The translations under genes and the position numbers were made by a program. From the NCBI RefSeq assembly GCF_001194135.2, contig NC_068982.1:59185815-59222450 (forward strand): a DNA stretch of 36,636 bases, written 5' to 3'. Each line of letters begins with the position of its first letter. Position 1 is the first letter of the stretch. The notes under the pieces were generated by a model. The model did not search any database, was not told where the DNA came from, and worked only from the letters and a program-made list of their open reading frames with translations. This stretch comes from Octopus bimaculoides (taxonomy: Eukaryota). Shown here in pieces: positions 23,396 to 34,692 of this stretch.

Positions 23396-23761
23396 ATCAA
23401 GTTACATTACTCCAGAGACCCTTTGGAGGAACCACATTTCAGCCACATGTATTTGCAATCATACACTGATTGTACATTGATGACAAATCAAAATAACTAA
23501 ATGAAGATAATAATTTCCCAAAACAACAAATAAACAAAGACAACGAGAACTAATTTTCATCTTTGTGTTTGCTTTGAATTTTTTGTTGCACCTTTCATGT
23601 TCTACCTTTTTAGCCAACAGGTTTCAGTGGAATTTTAGGTGAACAAAAAACAAGAAACAATACAAAGGAACTATGTAAAACATTTTTTTTCTTACTCAGG
23701 CACAAAATTACAAACTTCTAAACTAAAGATGTGAGACTGTGGCACATTCATTGTTTGTCTT

Positions 23762-23985
23762 ACCATATAATATTGGTTTCAAATTTTGACACAACGCCAG
23801 TAATATCAGAGAGGTCAATTACACTGACCCCCCAGAGCTCAACCGATACTTATTTTATTGAATGTGAGAGAATGAAAAGTAAAGTTGACCTTGGTGGAAT
23901 TTGAACTCAGAATGTAAGGATGGATGAAATGGCACTAAGCATTTTGCCTGCCATGCTAATAATTCTGCCAGCTTGCTGTCTTGCC
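23762..23985 (-). mobile_element. SINE family E, near full length
   Basis: Minus strand AAGCTGGCAGAATTATTAGCATGG...TTCTGAGTTCAAATTCCACCAAGGTCAACTTTACTTTTCATTC...AATAAAATAAGTATCGG: tRNA-like head plus a core shared with 4881. Confidence 0.75.
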
Positions 23986-24089
23986 TTACCCAAGAATATC
24001 AGCAGAAAAAATGGAGAGGTAAAACTGAATAAATTACCTTTAATTAAGAATTAACAAAATCTTCATGGACTAAGTTCATCAGCCCTTAT

Positions 24090-24255
24090 GGATTATATTT
24101 TGATGACAATGATGATGATGATGATGGTACAGATTATATTTTGATGACGATGATGATGATGATGACACAGATTATATTTTCATGACGATGATGATGATGA
24201 TGATAATGGTGGTGGTGGTGGTAGAAATGGTGGTGATGATGTTGATGATGATAAT
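24090..24255. repeat. Three ~38-41 bp tandem units (GATTATATTTT + (GAT)n) and a GGT/GAT tract
   Basis: GATTATATTTT(G/C)ATGAC...GATGATGAT occurs three times in tandem. Confidence 0.85.
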
Positions 24256-24431
24256 GGGTATTCTTACATTGCCGCAAAGCTTTAGTCAATTAGATTTAAG
24301 TGTGAACTGCCACTGGATGTGAAGTAAGAAACAGAGCTACTCATAAAGCATTAAGACCTTATTGGTAAAGAATTTTCTTGGAACTAATGAAAACCTCAGA
24401 TCAAAGAAGGTAGGATTCTAGTTCGCCACAT

Positions 24432-24497
24432 GACCATATATTTCAGTGTACATCCTACATTTTCTGCGTATGTAATCCTCTCTTCAGAAAGGAAATA
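24432..24497 (-). ncRNA. Decayed relative of the hammerhead at 35661-35752
   Basis: Plus-strand TGTAATCCTCTCTTCAGAAAGGAAATA versus TGTAATCTTCTCTTCAG---GGAAATA; GACCATATATTTC versus GACATATGTTTC. Confidence 0.4.
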
Positions 24498-24509
24498 ACC
24501 CCATTTAGT

Positions 24510-24945
24510 GATTATGATGATGATGAAGATGATGATGATGATGACAATGTTGATGATGATGTATAAATTACAGATGATGACAATGATTATGAAGTTATAT
24601 AACTGATGATGATGATGATGATGATGTTGATGGAAGTTGTGATGTTGATGATGACGACAATGACGATGATGATGACGATACGGAGGAGGAGGAGGAGGAG
24701 GAGGAGAAGGAGGAGGAGGGTAGTAGATGTTGTGACGACGATGGTAGAGCTGATGGTGATGTGGATGATGGTGGTAGTGCTGCTGTTGATAACGATATTA
24801 ATGATGATGAGGATGATGAGTGAGAGGCTATATATATTGATGGTGATGAGAAGGAAAGTGGGATGATGATGATGAAGCAAAAGAGAATATACTAATGATG
24901 ATGATGATGATGATAATGATGATGATGATGATGATGATGTCAGTG
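24510..24945. repeat. Compound trinucleotide low-complexity tract ((GAT)n, (GAG)n, (GGT)n)
   Basis: Direct reading; it explains the poly-M/poly-R and poly-I ORFs. Confidence 0.95.
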
Positions 24946-26261
24946 ATGAAAAGAAAAAATAGAAAAGACATGACTAACAAAACAAACAAAAAAAAAACAA
25001 ATAAAGCAAAAAAAGGACAGGAGAGTTAATGGTGAATGGTTCTGAAGGGCTGTGATGTTAGGAGGTATGGTGGGAGAAATGAAGAGGAATTCAGTTTTCA
25101 GGCATACTCACATAACAAGGTAAGTTGATAGTCATCAGGTAAACGAACTGAAAGCACTGTTGTGTATAGGAAGAGGAGGAGGAGGAGGAGGGGGAGGAGG
25201 TAAGACAGAGGGGAGAACAAAGTTCCTGAGATAAACCTACTTTCACTTCTCTCTCTCTCTCTTTTAGGCACATACCCAAACACCCAATCTTTGCCACTCA
25301 AGGCTGCCCACTCACATACTCTGTGTTATATCTGAATGATATCAGGGTGTTCGGTTACAAACAAGAAATTAAAATATAAAATTACAACAAACAAAATTCA
25401 ACTGATTCCTTATGCTTCATCAAACAGCTGCTTTTTGTGACATAAGGGAGCGTTCATGACAGTTTCCTCTCTTTGGTCTTGGAATTAAGGCATCGAAATG
25501 ATACACTGATTACTAGCAATCTAGAATATTCGTGGGGGTTTTTTACCTTCAAGTTCCCTTCTTCATTTTACATTTATTTTTTCCCCTGTATTTTGGAAAG
25601 TTACAGAGTAAATATCTCCAAGAGAAGCCCTGGTGGGTTTGTAAGACGTGTTTAGCTGAACATTTATAACTCAAATTTTTTAATGGAAAAGTGATAGATG
25701 TGCCCCCCTGGATAGTATAGAATACCAGACTATGGTAAGTAATATCCCTTGATGATCTGATACCTGTCTGTGCACTTATGTGAACCGTGACATATTTTGA
25801 TGTTAAGTGTCCTTCCCAGAGAGACAACTGCTAGGCTGCTATGGATTTAAACTCAATAAGTAAAGTAAAAACTTCACTGCCTTAGCTCAATGGTTTTCTC
25901 AAACTGTGCACACATCCATGGCATGGTGCTGCGTTGCAGGATATAACTAGGAATACTGCAAAAATTAAACTTAAAAGGTGTGTGAAACATGTACTGAAAT
26001 TCTAAATATAAAGTTATAGCAACTATACTTAATAATTATGAATAGGTGCAGACGTGGTTGTGTGGTAAGAAGCTTGCTTCCCAACCACATGGTTCCGAGT
26101 TCAGTTCCACTGCATGGCGCTTTGGGCAAGGGTCTTCTACTATGGCTTCAGGCTGACCAAAGCCTTGTGAGTGGACTTAGTAGACAGAAATTGAAAGAAG
26201 CCCATTATACATATCTATTTACATATATATATATATATATATACATACATACATATAGATA

Positions 26262-26760
26262 TCATCATCATCATCATCATCGTTTAATGTCCACTTTCCA
26301 TGCTGGCATGGGTAGGACAGTATGACTGCGGACTGGTGAGCCAGAGGCTGCAACAGGTTCAATCTGGTCTGGCAAAGTTTCTACAGCTGGATGCCCTTCC
26401 TAATGCCAACCACTCCGAGAGTGTAGTGGGTGCTTTTTACACATCACTGGCATGAGGGCCAGTCAGGTGGTTATGGCAACGACCACGCTCATGCTCAAAA
26501 GGTGTTTTTACATGCTACCTGCATGGGAGCCAGTCTGGTGGCACTGGCAATGACCACGCTCAAATGTTGTTTTTCATGTGCCACCGGCACATGTGCCAGT
26601 AAGGCAATGCTGGCAACAATCATGCTCGAATGGTGCTTTTCATGTGTCACTGGCACAGGAGCCAATCCGTGGCTCTGGTAAGGATCATGCTCGGATGTGC
26701 TTTTAACGTTCCACTGGCTCGAGTGTCAATCAGACAGTACTGTCATAGGCCACGTCAGTG
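26262..26760 (-). mobile_element. Family D element with about five internal tandem units
   Basis: (CAT)n-CGTTTAATGTCCACTTTCCATGCTGGCATGGG...GGATGCCCTTCCTAATGCCAACCAC followed by repeated GTGCCACCGGCAC-type units. Confidence 0.8.
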
Positions 26761-26871
26761 ACTTTGCTTTGTTTACACTTGCCTCAATAGTTCTTCATAA
26801 GCAAAGTTCATTGTCTAATGAATGTGGGTATATAAATATATATATATATATATATACATAAAAAATGTATG

Positions 26872-27125
26872 CATCATCATCATCATTATCATTTAATGTC
26901 TGTTGTCCATGCTGGTATGGGCTGGACGGTTTGACCAGGGCTGGTAAACGTAGGGGTTGCAACAAATTCTAGTCTGATTTGGCAAGGTTTTCTACAGCTG
27001 GATGCCCTTCCTAACACCAGCCACTCAGAGTGTAATGGGTGCTTTTACATGCACTGGCATGAATGCCAGTTGCATGACACGAGTATCTGCCACGACTGCA
27101 ATTTCACTTGGCTTGATGGGTCCTC
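26872..27125 (-). mobile_element. Family D element
   Basis: CATCATCATCATCATTATCATTTAATGTC...GGATGCCCTTCCTAACACCAGCCAC. Confidence 0.8.
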
Positions 27126-27514
27126 TTGTGCGTGTGTCTGTGCCTGTGTTTGCTCCCCCCCTCCATCGCTTGACAGTTGGTGTTGGTATATTTATGTCCC
27201 TGGTGTTGGTGTGTCTTTGGCAAAAGAGACTGATTGAATAAGTACTAGGCTTCAAAAATAAGTCCTGGGGTTAATTTGTTCGACTATAAACCCTTCAAGG
27301 CAATGCCCCAGTATGGCTGCAGTCATATTGCCAAAACAAGTAAAAGAATAAAAGAATAAAGGAATAAAGAAATGAGTATTAAATTATTTTCTGTTGTTCA
27401 AATTATTTTATATTTAGTTTTGCAATTATATTTGTAGGGTAAAATATAATTACTAAACTATGTACCAAGCAACTGAGAGATAACATAAATACACATCTGT
27501 ACTGAAAACTAGTA

Positions 27515-28201
27515 CATGCATACCTCAGCTTAAGTCGTTTTGATTTAAGTCATTCATGATTATATGTCAGTTTTCAAAAGTAATACATGGTAAAATAAAA
27601 ATCAAGTCAAGTCATTTTACTCAACTTTACGCTTGTCTGCCACAAATATTGGAGTCGTAAAATCTCTAGAAAGCCATTTAAAGCACATAGAATCATGTTA
27701 CTGTACAATAAATAAGAATAAAAGCATATAAATCATATTAAAATATGTACAGTAAATGTTAAGATACACACCATAAAGTAGTGTAGCTTAGTGAACAAAA
27801 TCATGATATCAGCTGTGTTGTCTTATTTATCAGTCTTTCGGAGATCATATTGCACTGCAGTTCCAATATCTACCGTTAGGTGTCCTTGTCACTTGTGATT
27901 TCCACGATCGTTTTGAATTCAAATTTGTTTACATCTGTTTATCGGCTACTTTCTCATTCTTATTCATTTGTGACTTTATTTTTTGCCCCCATGGCTCCTA
28001 AGAAAATTCATAGTGAAAGTGTTAAGCATCATGCTATAACACTGTAAGTATAGAACTGGGAATGGTTATTATTGGTTTAGCCTAGAGACAAGTAAATTCG
28101 GCCTAGCCTCGCCTAGAGACAAGTTAATTTGACTTAAGTCGTTTTTTGACTTAAGTTGTGTCTCCTGGAACCAATTAGCAATGTAGGGCGAGGTATGCCT
28201 G
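27515..28201 (-). mobile_element. Internally deleted Tigger/pogo-like DNA transposon with TA target-site duplication
   Basis: TA|CATGCATACCTC at the left and GAGGTATGCCTG|TA at the right (11/12 inverted match; CAGGCATACCTC is a Tigger-type end). Subterminal (G)ACTTAAGTC repeats occur at both ends. A frameshifted N-terminal remnant (FEFKTIVEI..VDIGTAVQYDLRKT) lies on the minus strand from an ATG at 27990-27992. Confidence 0.75.
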
Positions 28202-28684
28202 TACTTGATTTTTAACTGAAGCTGTGCAGATGTGTAAATATGCACTGATAGATATACATATGTGCTTCTTTTTTATGCATTTTACTACAGATAGAAAATT
28301 AGTAAATAACCAGAATCAAATTTCAACTCTAATAAGAATCTTTCTCAGAGGCTGTTCTTTCCACAGAGAAATATACAACTAATAGTTTTTTAAACTCTGG
28401 TATATTTTTCTGTAGACAGAATAAGGTGTACACAACCACCAAAAAAGTATACCATTAAAGTTAAAACTCAAGTTAAGTTAGTGGTATACTATGGCTTTTG
28501 GCTATTTTTTGTGACAACCAAACTGACTACCTACTTACTTAAACATAACATATTTTCAATTGCAGCAAACACGCATATAAAAAGTGGCTGCCTGTGTTGT
28601 CCACAAACCTCATGTTATGCTATGTGTATACAACACACATACATTAATCAGTGTATATTTATATACTTATACAACTTCTTTCAA

Positions 28685-28909
28685 CCATTTAGTATTCAGC
28701 TTATTCTATCAAATATAATGCTTATTTATTCACACTGTTTTGAATTAATCATTGTTTTTAATTGATCATAGCCTCAAGATTTCGATGATGCGATTATTTA
28801 TTTTCAGAATAACTTTGTAGGGTAGGTGAGAGAGGTTGGATCTGGTCAGTTTTAACATAAAACAGGTAGAATATTTTGGCCAGGTATAGCAGGTTTAAAT
28901 GCTAAAAGG
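28685..28909. mobile_element. piggyBac-type MITE, about 225 bp
   Basis: TCAA|CCATTTAGTATT at the left and AATGCTAAAAGG|TTAA at the right: 10/12 terminal inverted match with a TTAA-like target duplication. Confidence 0.6.
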
Positions 28910-31644
28910 TTAAGATATTGTACTATTTTCAGTACAAATATAAATTTAAAATATAACTATTATATGTTCCCATTAACAGTTGAGAGAACACAATTTTAAG
29001 CAAATTACATAATACATAAAGCAGATATGTTGTTATTTATTTAATTATTAACTCTTGCAGTACTAGCTCTATTTGTTTCTCTTTTGGAATTTATTTGAGA
29101 TTCTTAGAAAAGGAATCAGTACTAGTTATGCAAGGGTCATTCACTTAATAATGAAGAGGTATAAATAGTCAAAAAAATATATATATTTTGAATATTTCAT
29201 TTTTACTTTATGCATAAACTATCTCGAAATATTTTCATGTGTCATGAGAAAAACATCATTTGAGAATTCCTAAATTTAACAATTGAACCAATTACCAATA
29301 TTTGGTTAATTAATCATTAAGAAAAAAAGCAATGCATCAAGTAAGCCAAAACTGTATACTAATTGAAAGAGAAAATGATTTAAGCTTTCCAGTCGTTTAA
29401 ATCCACTTTTAATTGCTCTAAATCCAATGTTATAAATGAAAGATACTTTTTGTGATTTCAAAATATTCATTTTTAAATTGTCTCAAAACAGCTAATTCGA
29501 GCTCCTTCAAACTCAAGTTTACTGTTTTGTTTTGAGTTCTATTTAGAACCATTCCACTTCAACTAAATATTTTTCTGTGACTGGTCTGGCAGCAACAGTA
29601 GAGTATCAGACAATATATTTATTTATATCTATTTATACTTTCAAATCAAAGCTTACAAAGTTCAATAAATTGAGTCCCAGATATACAGAGTCAAATCAAA
29701 ACCACTTCTATCATTGGACAATGAAAACCCACCATTGGTAACCATGTAATCCAGTAACTACAGACTCATAGCTGTATGGTCAGTGATTAAACTAGTTCCC
29801 TTCTAGGCTTACTCAGAGAAGAGATTGTTAAGTACAGCCAGCAGGATTAAAAAACAAAATTTCTCAACAGCAAATGAGCTCCTTGAAAGCCAAGAAAACC
29901 CATATGCTGAGGAGGGGATGGGTGCCACATGGATTACCAACCTGAATGGAACACTTGTGTGGAAGCTACACCAATATTTAATTCTGTCGTGGACCAGTCA
30001 AGAATGCATAAAGTAAACTTAGGGATGAAATAGGAAGTAGAGATTGATAAGAATAATTTAGCTGTCTTAAATGGTAGAAATACTATGAAAATGACTTGAG
30101 TCGACTTGAATACAGAGAAATATTCAGAAATACTGTAATGCAGAAATATAAACCTTCATTATAAACTTGTGACCACATACTAATATCAAAAAGAATTCTT
30201 TATATTAATGACAGTGAAGATTATGAGGGAACATGCAGTGGCAAATATATATTAGACTGAGGATTATTGTTTGGTTATATAAATGTGCAAGAGACAGCTA
30301 ACTCAGCTCTCTGTGCTGTCATTTAGGGAATGCAAGCTTTTACGCAGAAACTTCAGCTTATTCCACTTAAAATCAAAATACTGAAGAATTTGCAAAGCAG
30401 GTGATAGATTCCTAAATCTTCTTATATGACATGAAATCTACTTCAGGGTTCTAACAATGACTATATTTATTTGAATTATACATATATATGTAGACCATAT
30501 ATAAAGTTGATATAACAGATTCCTAAACAAGCAAATGGATGTATCATACTTTCTGTATCAATTATGAAAAAAATATAAAAGCAGCAACAGTAAGTGTTGA
30601 TACACTGCAAATAAAGAAGTACAGAAGAAAATGAACTGTTTAATATTCTACAAGAATTACCATTTTCACCAAGTGTTATAGGGTGTATTTGAGAAATAAG
30701 GCATTGAAAGAAGAAAGATTACATCTTTGGATTTTAGTTCTATTCTTTGAAGTCAGGCTACAAATTGATAAATATCTAAGCTTTTGGAAAATTGAGCAGT
30801 CTTCCTTGAAATTTAATACAGGGCCTTTTCATTGAAATTAGGATAATTTGAACATTGTGCTTGATAATATAAGAAGATTAGTCAATGACAGAGCATTTTA
30901 TGAACTGGTTTCCATAGCGAAATTGTGTCATTAGAGACTTTGTGTCTTAGTGCGAGTTGGATTAACTCGTGTGACTGGACAATTTGCAGTGAAGCAATGA
31001 CCACTCCCCTGTGCATTTGAGGGTGTTTTTCTATCCAGTTCAGATATGAAGGGTCAATATGATTCTGGATCAGAAGATAAAGCCAAGAATTTAAATAATC
31101 TGATTTTGTACATCTTGGAATTTGATATTCTGTAATGGATAAAGCTAAAAATATTCTTAACAAATGAATGACTAACATGGTAGAATATTTTCTTTGAAGG
31201 ACAGTTTTTGAAGATGACACAGAATTTAGCAGGTTTCTTGCTTGGAATTATGTCACAAAAGTTACTCATTTTGATAATCTGTCAGGGTTTATATCTCATT
31301 TAATCTTTTTTTTTCATCACGATAAATTAAATTGTTCTTTGAAGTGTAAGATGCCAAACATTTAGTGGAGTTTGACTTATTAAGGTCAACTTCAGCCTGC
31401 CTTATTGTAAATGTTAATATGTATGCTACTAATGTGCATGATAAAGAGTGGCAATGAAATATTTGCATGTATCAATGTTCAATTTAATCAAAAAGTACTT
31501 TCATAATTTTTAATACCTTAAAATAATCTCAGATTACTTTTCCAGTTTGTTTTTTTGTACAATGTGCAAACACACACACACACATTGTTCTCATCACTAA
31601 ATGTGAATATAGAATTTTCGTTAATAAAAATTGCTTATCTTACT

Positions 31645-32260
31645 GTAATACGAAGTTTCACTTGAATACAAGAGCCTTGGTAGTACAGTGCACAGAATTT
31701 TATCCAACAGGACTTTGAGCATATCTTTAATCAAGGAAAAGCCTTCCACCCTGCTCTTACTCTGTGCAAGATTTCAGCATTCCTGCTTTAGCATATATTT
31801 ACTGTTTGTCCCAGGTGAATATACTCCTTCACTTCCTCATTTTGATCATTTCCTAAAACACAAATTGACCTTGTACTACATTTTCACACTGTGTATATTT
31901 TGCTTGCAGTCTTGGGGTCTACAGTTAAACTCTGGATGGTCAGCTCTGTCAGCATGATCTATGGCTGGTTTGAGGTTTCTTTGATGAGCATTATGTTACC
32001 TGTAGATGTTGACCCTACTTTTTCAATCAATGTCTCTGATAGTAATTTCTAGATGTGCAGCGAGGAGCTTTAGAGAGATTGTATCTCCTTGTTTGATGGT
32101 CTTATTACCGAAACCCCCATGGGTGAGGACAGCAGTGTTATAATGGTTGTTCTTTCCAAGTTTTCTTCCCTAAGAAAGATAGAAAGGATAATACCTATGA
32201 CCTTTACAGCTTTTCCCAGGTTGGTGAGATTAAAGTGGCTGGATGTATAACTTGGCAAAC
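31645..32260 (-). pseudogene. Decayed RTE-clade reverse transcriptase fragment
   Basis: Minus strand KTIKQGDTISLKLLAAHLEITIRDID* (QGDTIS at 32074-32091); GNIMLIKE..IMLTELTIQSL; EEVKEYIHLGQTV..EILHRVRAGWKAFSLIKDML..VLPRLLYSSET. These match RT motifs QGDxxSPKLF, ADDIVL and YxYLG of RTE LINEs. Confidence 0.8.
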
Positions 32261-32307
32261 TGCAGGTCAATCTACTCAGACCAAATATTAAAAACAAAAA
32301 AACATTA

Positions 32308-32429
32308 GCACAGGCATGGCTGTGTGGTATGAAACTTGCCTCTCAACCACATAGTTCCAGGTTCAAAGCAGTGCCCCAGCATGGCCATAGTCTAATGACT
32401 GAAACAAGTAAAAGATAAAAGATAAAAGA
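32308..32429 (+). mobile_element. Mini BC-family SINE: head fused directly to the 3' tip
   Basis: GGCATGGCTGTGTGGTATGAAACTTGCC..CAACCACATAGTTCCAGGTTCA|AAGCAGTGCCCCAGCATGGCC..ATGACTGAAACAAGTAAAAGATAAAAGATAAAAGA. Confidence 0.75.
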
Positions 32430-32729
32430 CAGTCAGAGAGGAATGGAAGTTTGATCTAAATACTTAGAATGGAGTGAAACTAACAAAAGGAATCTGAAAC
32501 TTAGCTGGTGGTTATTAAATCAGGCAGTATGGTTGGTCTGCCACTCCCAAATTAATGTAATACAAAGCAATATAATTAAAATAAATATCATATTATAATA
32601 CGTCTTGGTTTCATTTATTGCTCAAGGTAAAATTCCAGCTTAAAATAGTTTATATTTGTCTCATGTTGATGCATTTATGTGATAGATTGAGAATTCTTCT
32701 CACTAACTCTCCTTCTTAACTACTGACAG

Positions 32730-32802
32730 GTGTAAGCTATAGGGGAAGAGTTAAAAAATCTTCTGGTAGGAAGCAGATAAAAATGCCATCATTTGTTATG
32801 AG
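32730..32802 (+). CDS. Candidate 73-nt internal exon, product unknown
   Basis: CTAAC branch-like site, pyrimidine tract and CAG acceptor (CTAACTCTCCTTCTTAACTACTGACAG|G); GAG|GTAATG donor; only one open frame (VSYRGRVKKSSGRKQIKMPSFVM). No recognisable homology. Confidence 0.25.
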
Positions 32803-33639
32803 GTAATGGTTAGCCAGACTACAGAGATTTAATAGTAGCCGAGTCATTGTTCATTAATCCAAATTTGTGAACTGGCAGAAACTCTGTTGCAATTTTTACT
32901 TTGTGTTCTACAGAATTTGAGCATTTATTCAAACTGCTCAAAATTTAGAACAGCAAATTTCATTGCAAAAAATTGTGAAATATTTTGAAACTCTAAAATT
33001 GTAGAATTGCAGAATTCTGCATTTCTGAAATTTTCAGAATTTGTTCTGAGTGACCCTCTGCACTTTTAACTCAAATTATATCATGGTCAACCATGTTTTT
33101 CACCTCTTTGAAGTCAAAGAATACAGAACCAATAAAGTATTGAGTAATATTCCTTGTTTTCTCTGTCTTTTTATCAGAATCTTCTATGTGAAGAGACCAA
33201 GAACCAAGTACTCATGCACTATGATTCCACCAATCCATTTACCATCACAACAAAAGAAGATTATTAGGCCAATCTCTATTAATTTCCACATCCTTATTGT
33301 CTTAAATGACGAGACTACATTGTCTAAATTCATATAAGGCAACACATCTTAGCAACCACCATTTCAGCCTCTAAACATTTTTCTGCTTTCTCAACAAAGA
33401 CAGAAAAGTTACTGAGGTGATGGATTTTTACGTCCTTTGTTTCTGTTATAAAGTTTCAAGTAAGAACTCTTAAGTGTTAGGTACTATGATATGTCCGGAC
33501 TGTAGTTTTCTTGAATGAAAGTAGAATAGTGGTGGATATATGAAAAGACTAGAAGAGTCATGACTGAAAGATTTCTGCTTATAGGTGAATGGGTCTTCTC
33601 AAGCAGAACATATCGCTAGATAACAAGCAATCATCCAAC

Positions 33640-34075
33640 AAGCCAACTAACCAACCAACCAATCAACCAATCAATTAGCCAACCAACTGACCAATCAACC
33701 AACCAGACAGCTAGTCAGCCAACCAGCCAACTAATCAACCAACTGACCAATCAACTAACCAAACAACCGACCAATCAACCAAACAACCAGCAAGTCAGCC
33801 AACCAATCAATCAACCAACCAGCCAACTGACTAATCAAACAACTAACCATCTAGCCAACCAGCCAGCAAACTGACCAGCCAATCAACCGACCAACCAACA
33901 AACCAGCCAACTGGCCAATCAACCAAACAACCAGTCAACCAGTCAGCCAATCAAATAATCAACCAATTGACCAATCAACTGACCAATCAACCAGCCAACC
34001 AACCAACCAACCAACCAACCAGCCAATCAGCCAACTAGCAAACCAACCAACTAACCAACCAGCCAACCAACCATT
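33640..34075. repeat. Degenerate (CCAA)n/(CCAG/TCAA) tetranucleotide satellite
   Basis: Direct reading; a short (CCAA)n run also occurs at about 13250-13290. Confidence 0.95.
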
Positions 34076-34398
34076 CAACATATTAAAGAAGCACCCACCC
34101 AGAATATGGATTCAATGACAGCCTGAACTGAGAGGATCCAGAAAACAAAGGATCCTAAGCTGTATACATAATGACATTTCTGGCTACCATAGAAGAATTT
34201 GAAACCAGCACTACAAGCATATAAGCACCTTGTTGATTTTACTGTGGTATCATAGCTTAGAGAAGTAAATACTCTCCATTGTGTGTCAACTGAGTAGATT
34301 ACAGCAATTGAGTTGACTGATTGTAGACACAACACAGAACTTCTAACAGGAATAAATTATCTATTTCTTAGCTGGTGCCTTAACCAACACATCACTAA

Positions 34399-34551
34399 TT
34401 TATAGCAGAGACTCCATCTAAAAATATCTGAAGAAGGAATTGTATTCCAAAAAAATCATCGGACTATAGATAACTAAATTACAACAGGTATATAGTCCAT
34501 TTTTTGTATTACAGTGCATTGTTGTACCATTCAAAACTTTTTATTCTTTAC
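34399..34551 (+). mobile_element. Short hammerhead-bearing repeat, copy 2 (core mutated)
   Basis: Homologous to 6718-6869; motif TAT-CTGAAGA-A-GGAAT-TGT-ATTCC-AAAAAAATC-ATC at 34425-34460. Confidence 0.7.
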
Positions 34552-34649
34552 TAATGTATAGCGTTTTCCATTTCACAACACACTAAATGAGGTGCTAAGA
34601 TTGTTTTGATGCACCAACCGTCTTTTAAAAAGTTTACTGATATGTGTGT

Positions 34650-34689
<40 letters not shown>

Positions 34690-34692
34690 TGT

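Larger units (their letters stand above)
26045..27370 (+). mobile_element. BC-family SINE: head 26045-26203, 3' body 27127-27370, with two family D elements nested in the internal microsatellite
   Basis: Head GTGGTTGTGTGGTAAGAAGCTTGCTTCCCAACCACATGG...GAAAGAAGCCC; body ...GAATAAGTACTAGGCTTC...GCCCCAGTATGGCTGCAGTC...AACAAGTAAAAGAATAAAAGAATAAA. Confidence 0.7.

Noticed and set aside
24587-24880. Poly-M/poly-R and poly-I/L ORFs
   Set aside because: Translations of (GAT)n and (GAG)n tracts.
26440-26760. CRISPR-like spaced hairpin repeats
   Set aside because: The context is eukaryotic, the units are homologous along their whole length rather than having unique spacers, there are no cas genes, and they lie inside a retroelement.
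30327-30400. Second candidate plus-strand exon (GMQAFTQKLQLIPLKIKILKNLQS)
   Set aside because: The donor is weak (CAG|GTGATA), there is no recognisable homology, and its phase is incompatible with the candidate exon at 32730.
31054-31269. piggyBac-like IPSKKPAKF motif
   Set aside because: Only a short word match; the flanking DE and GIK motifs are absent.
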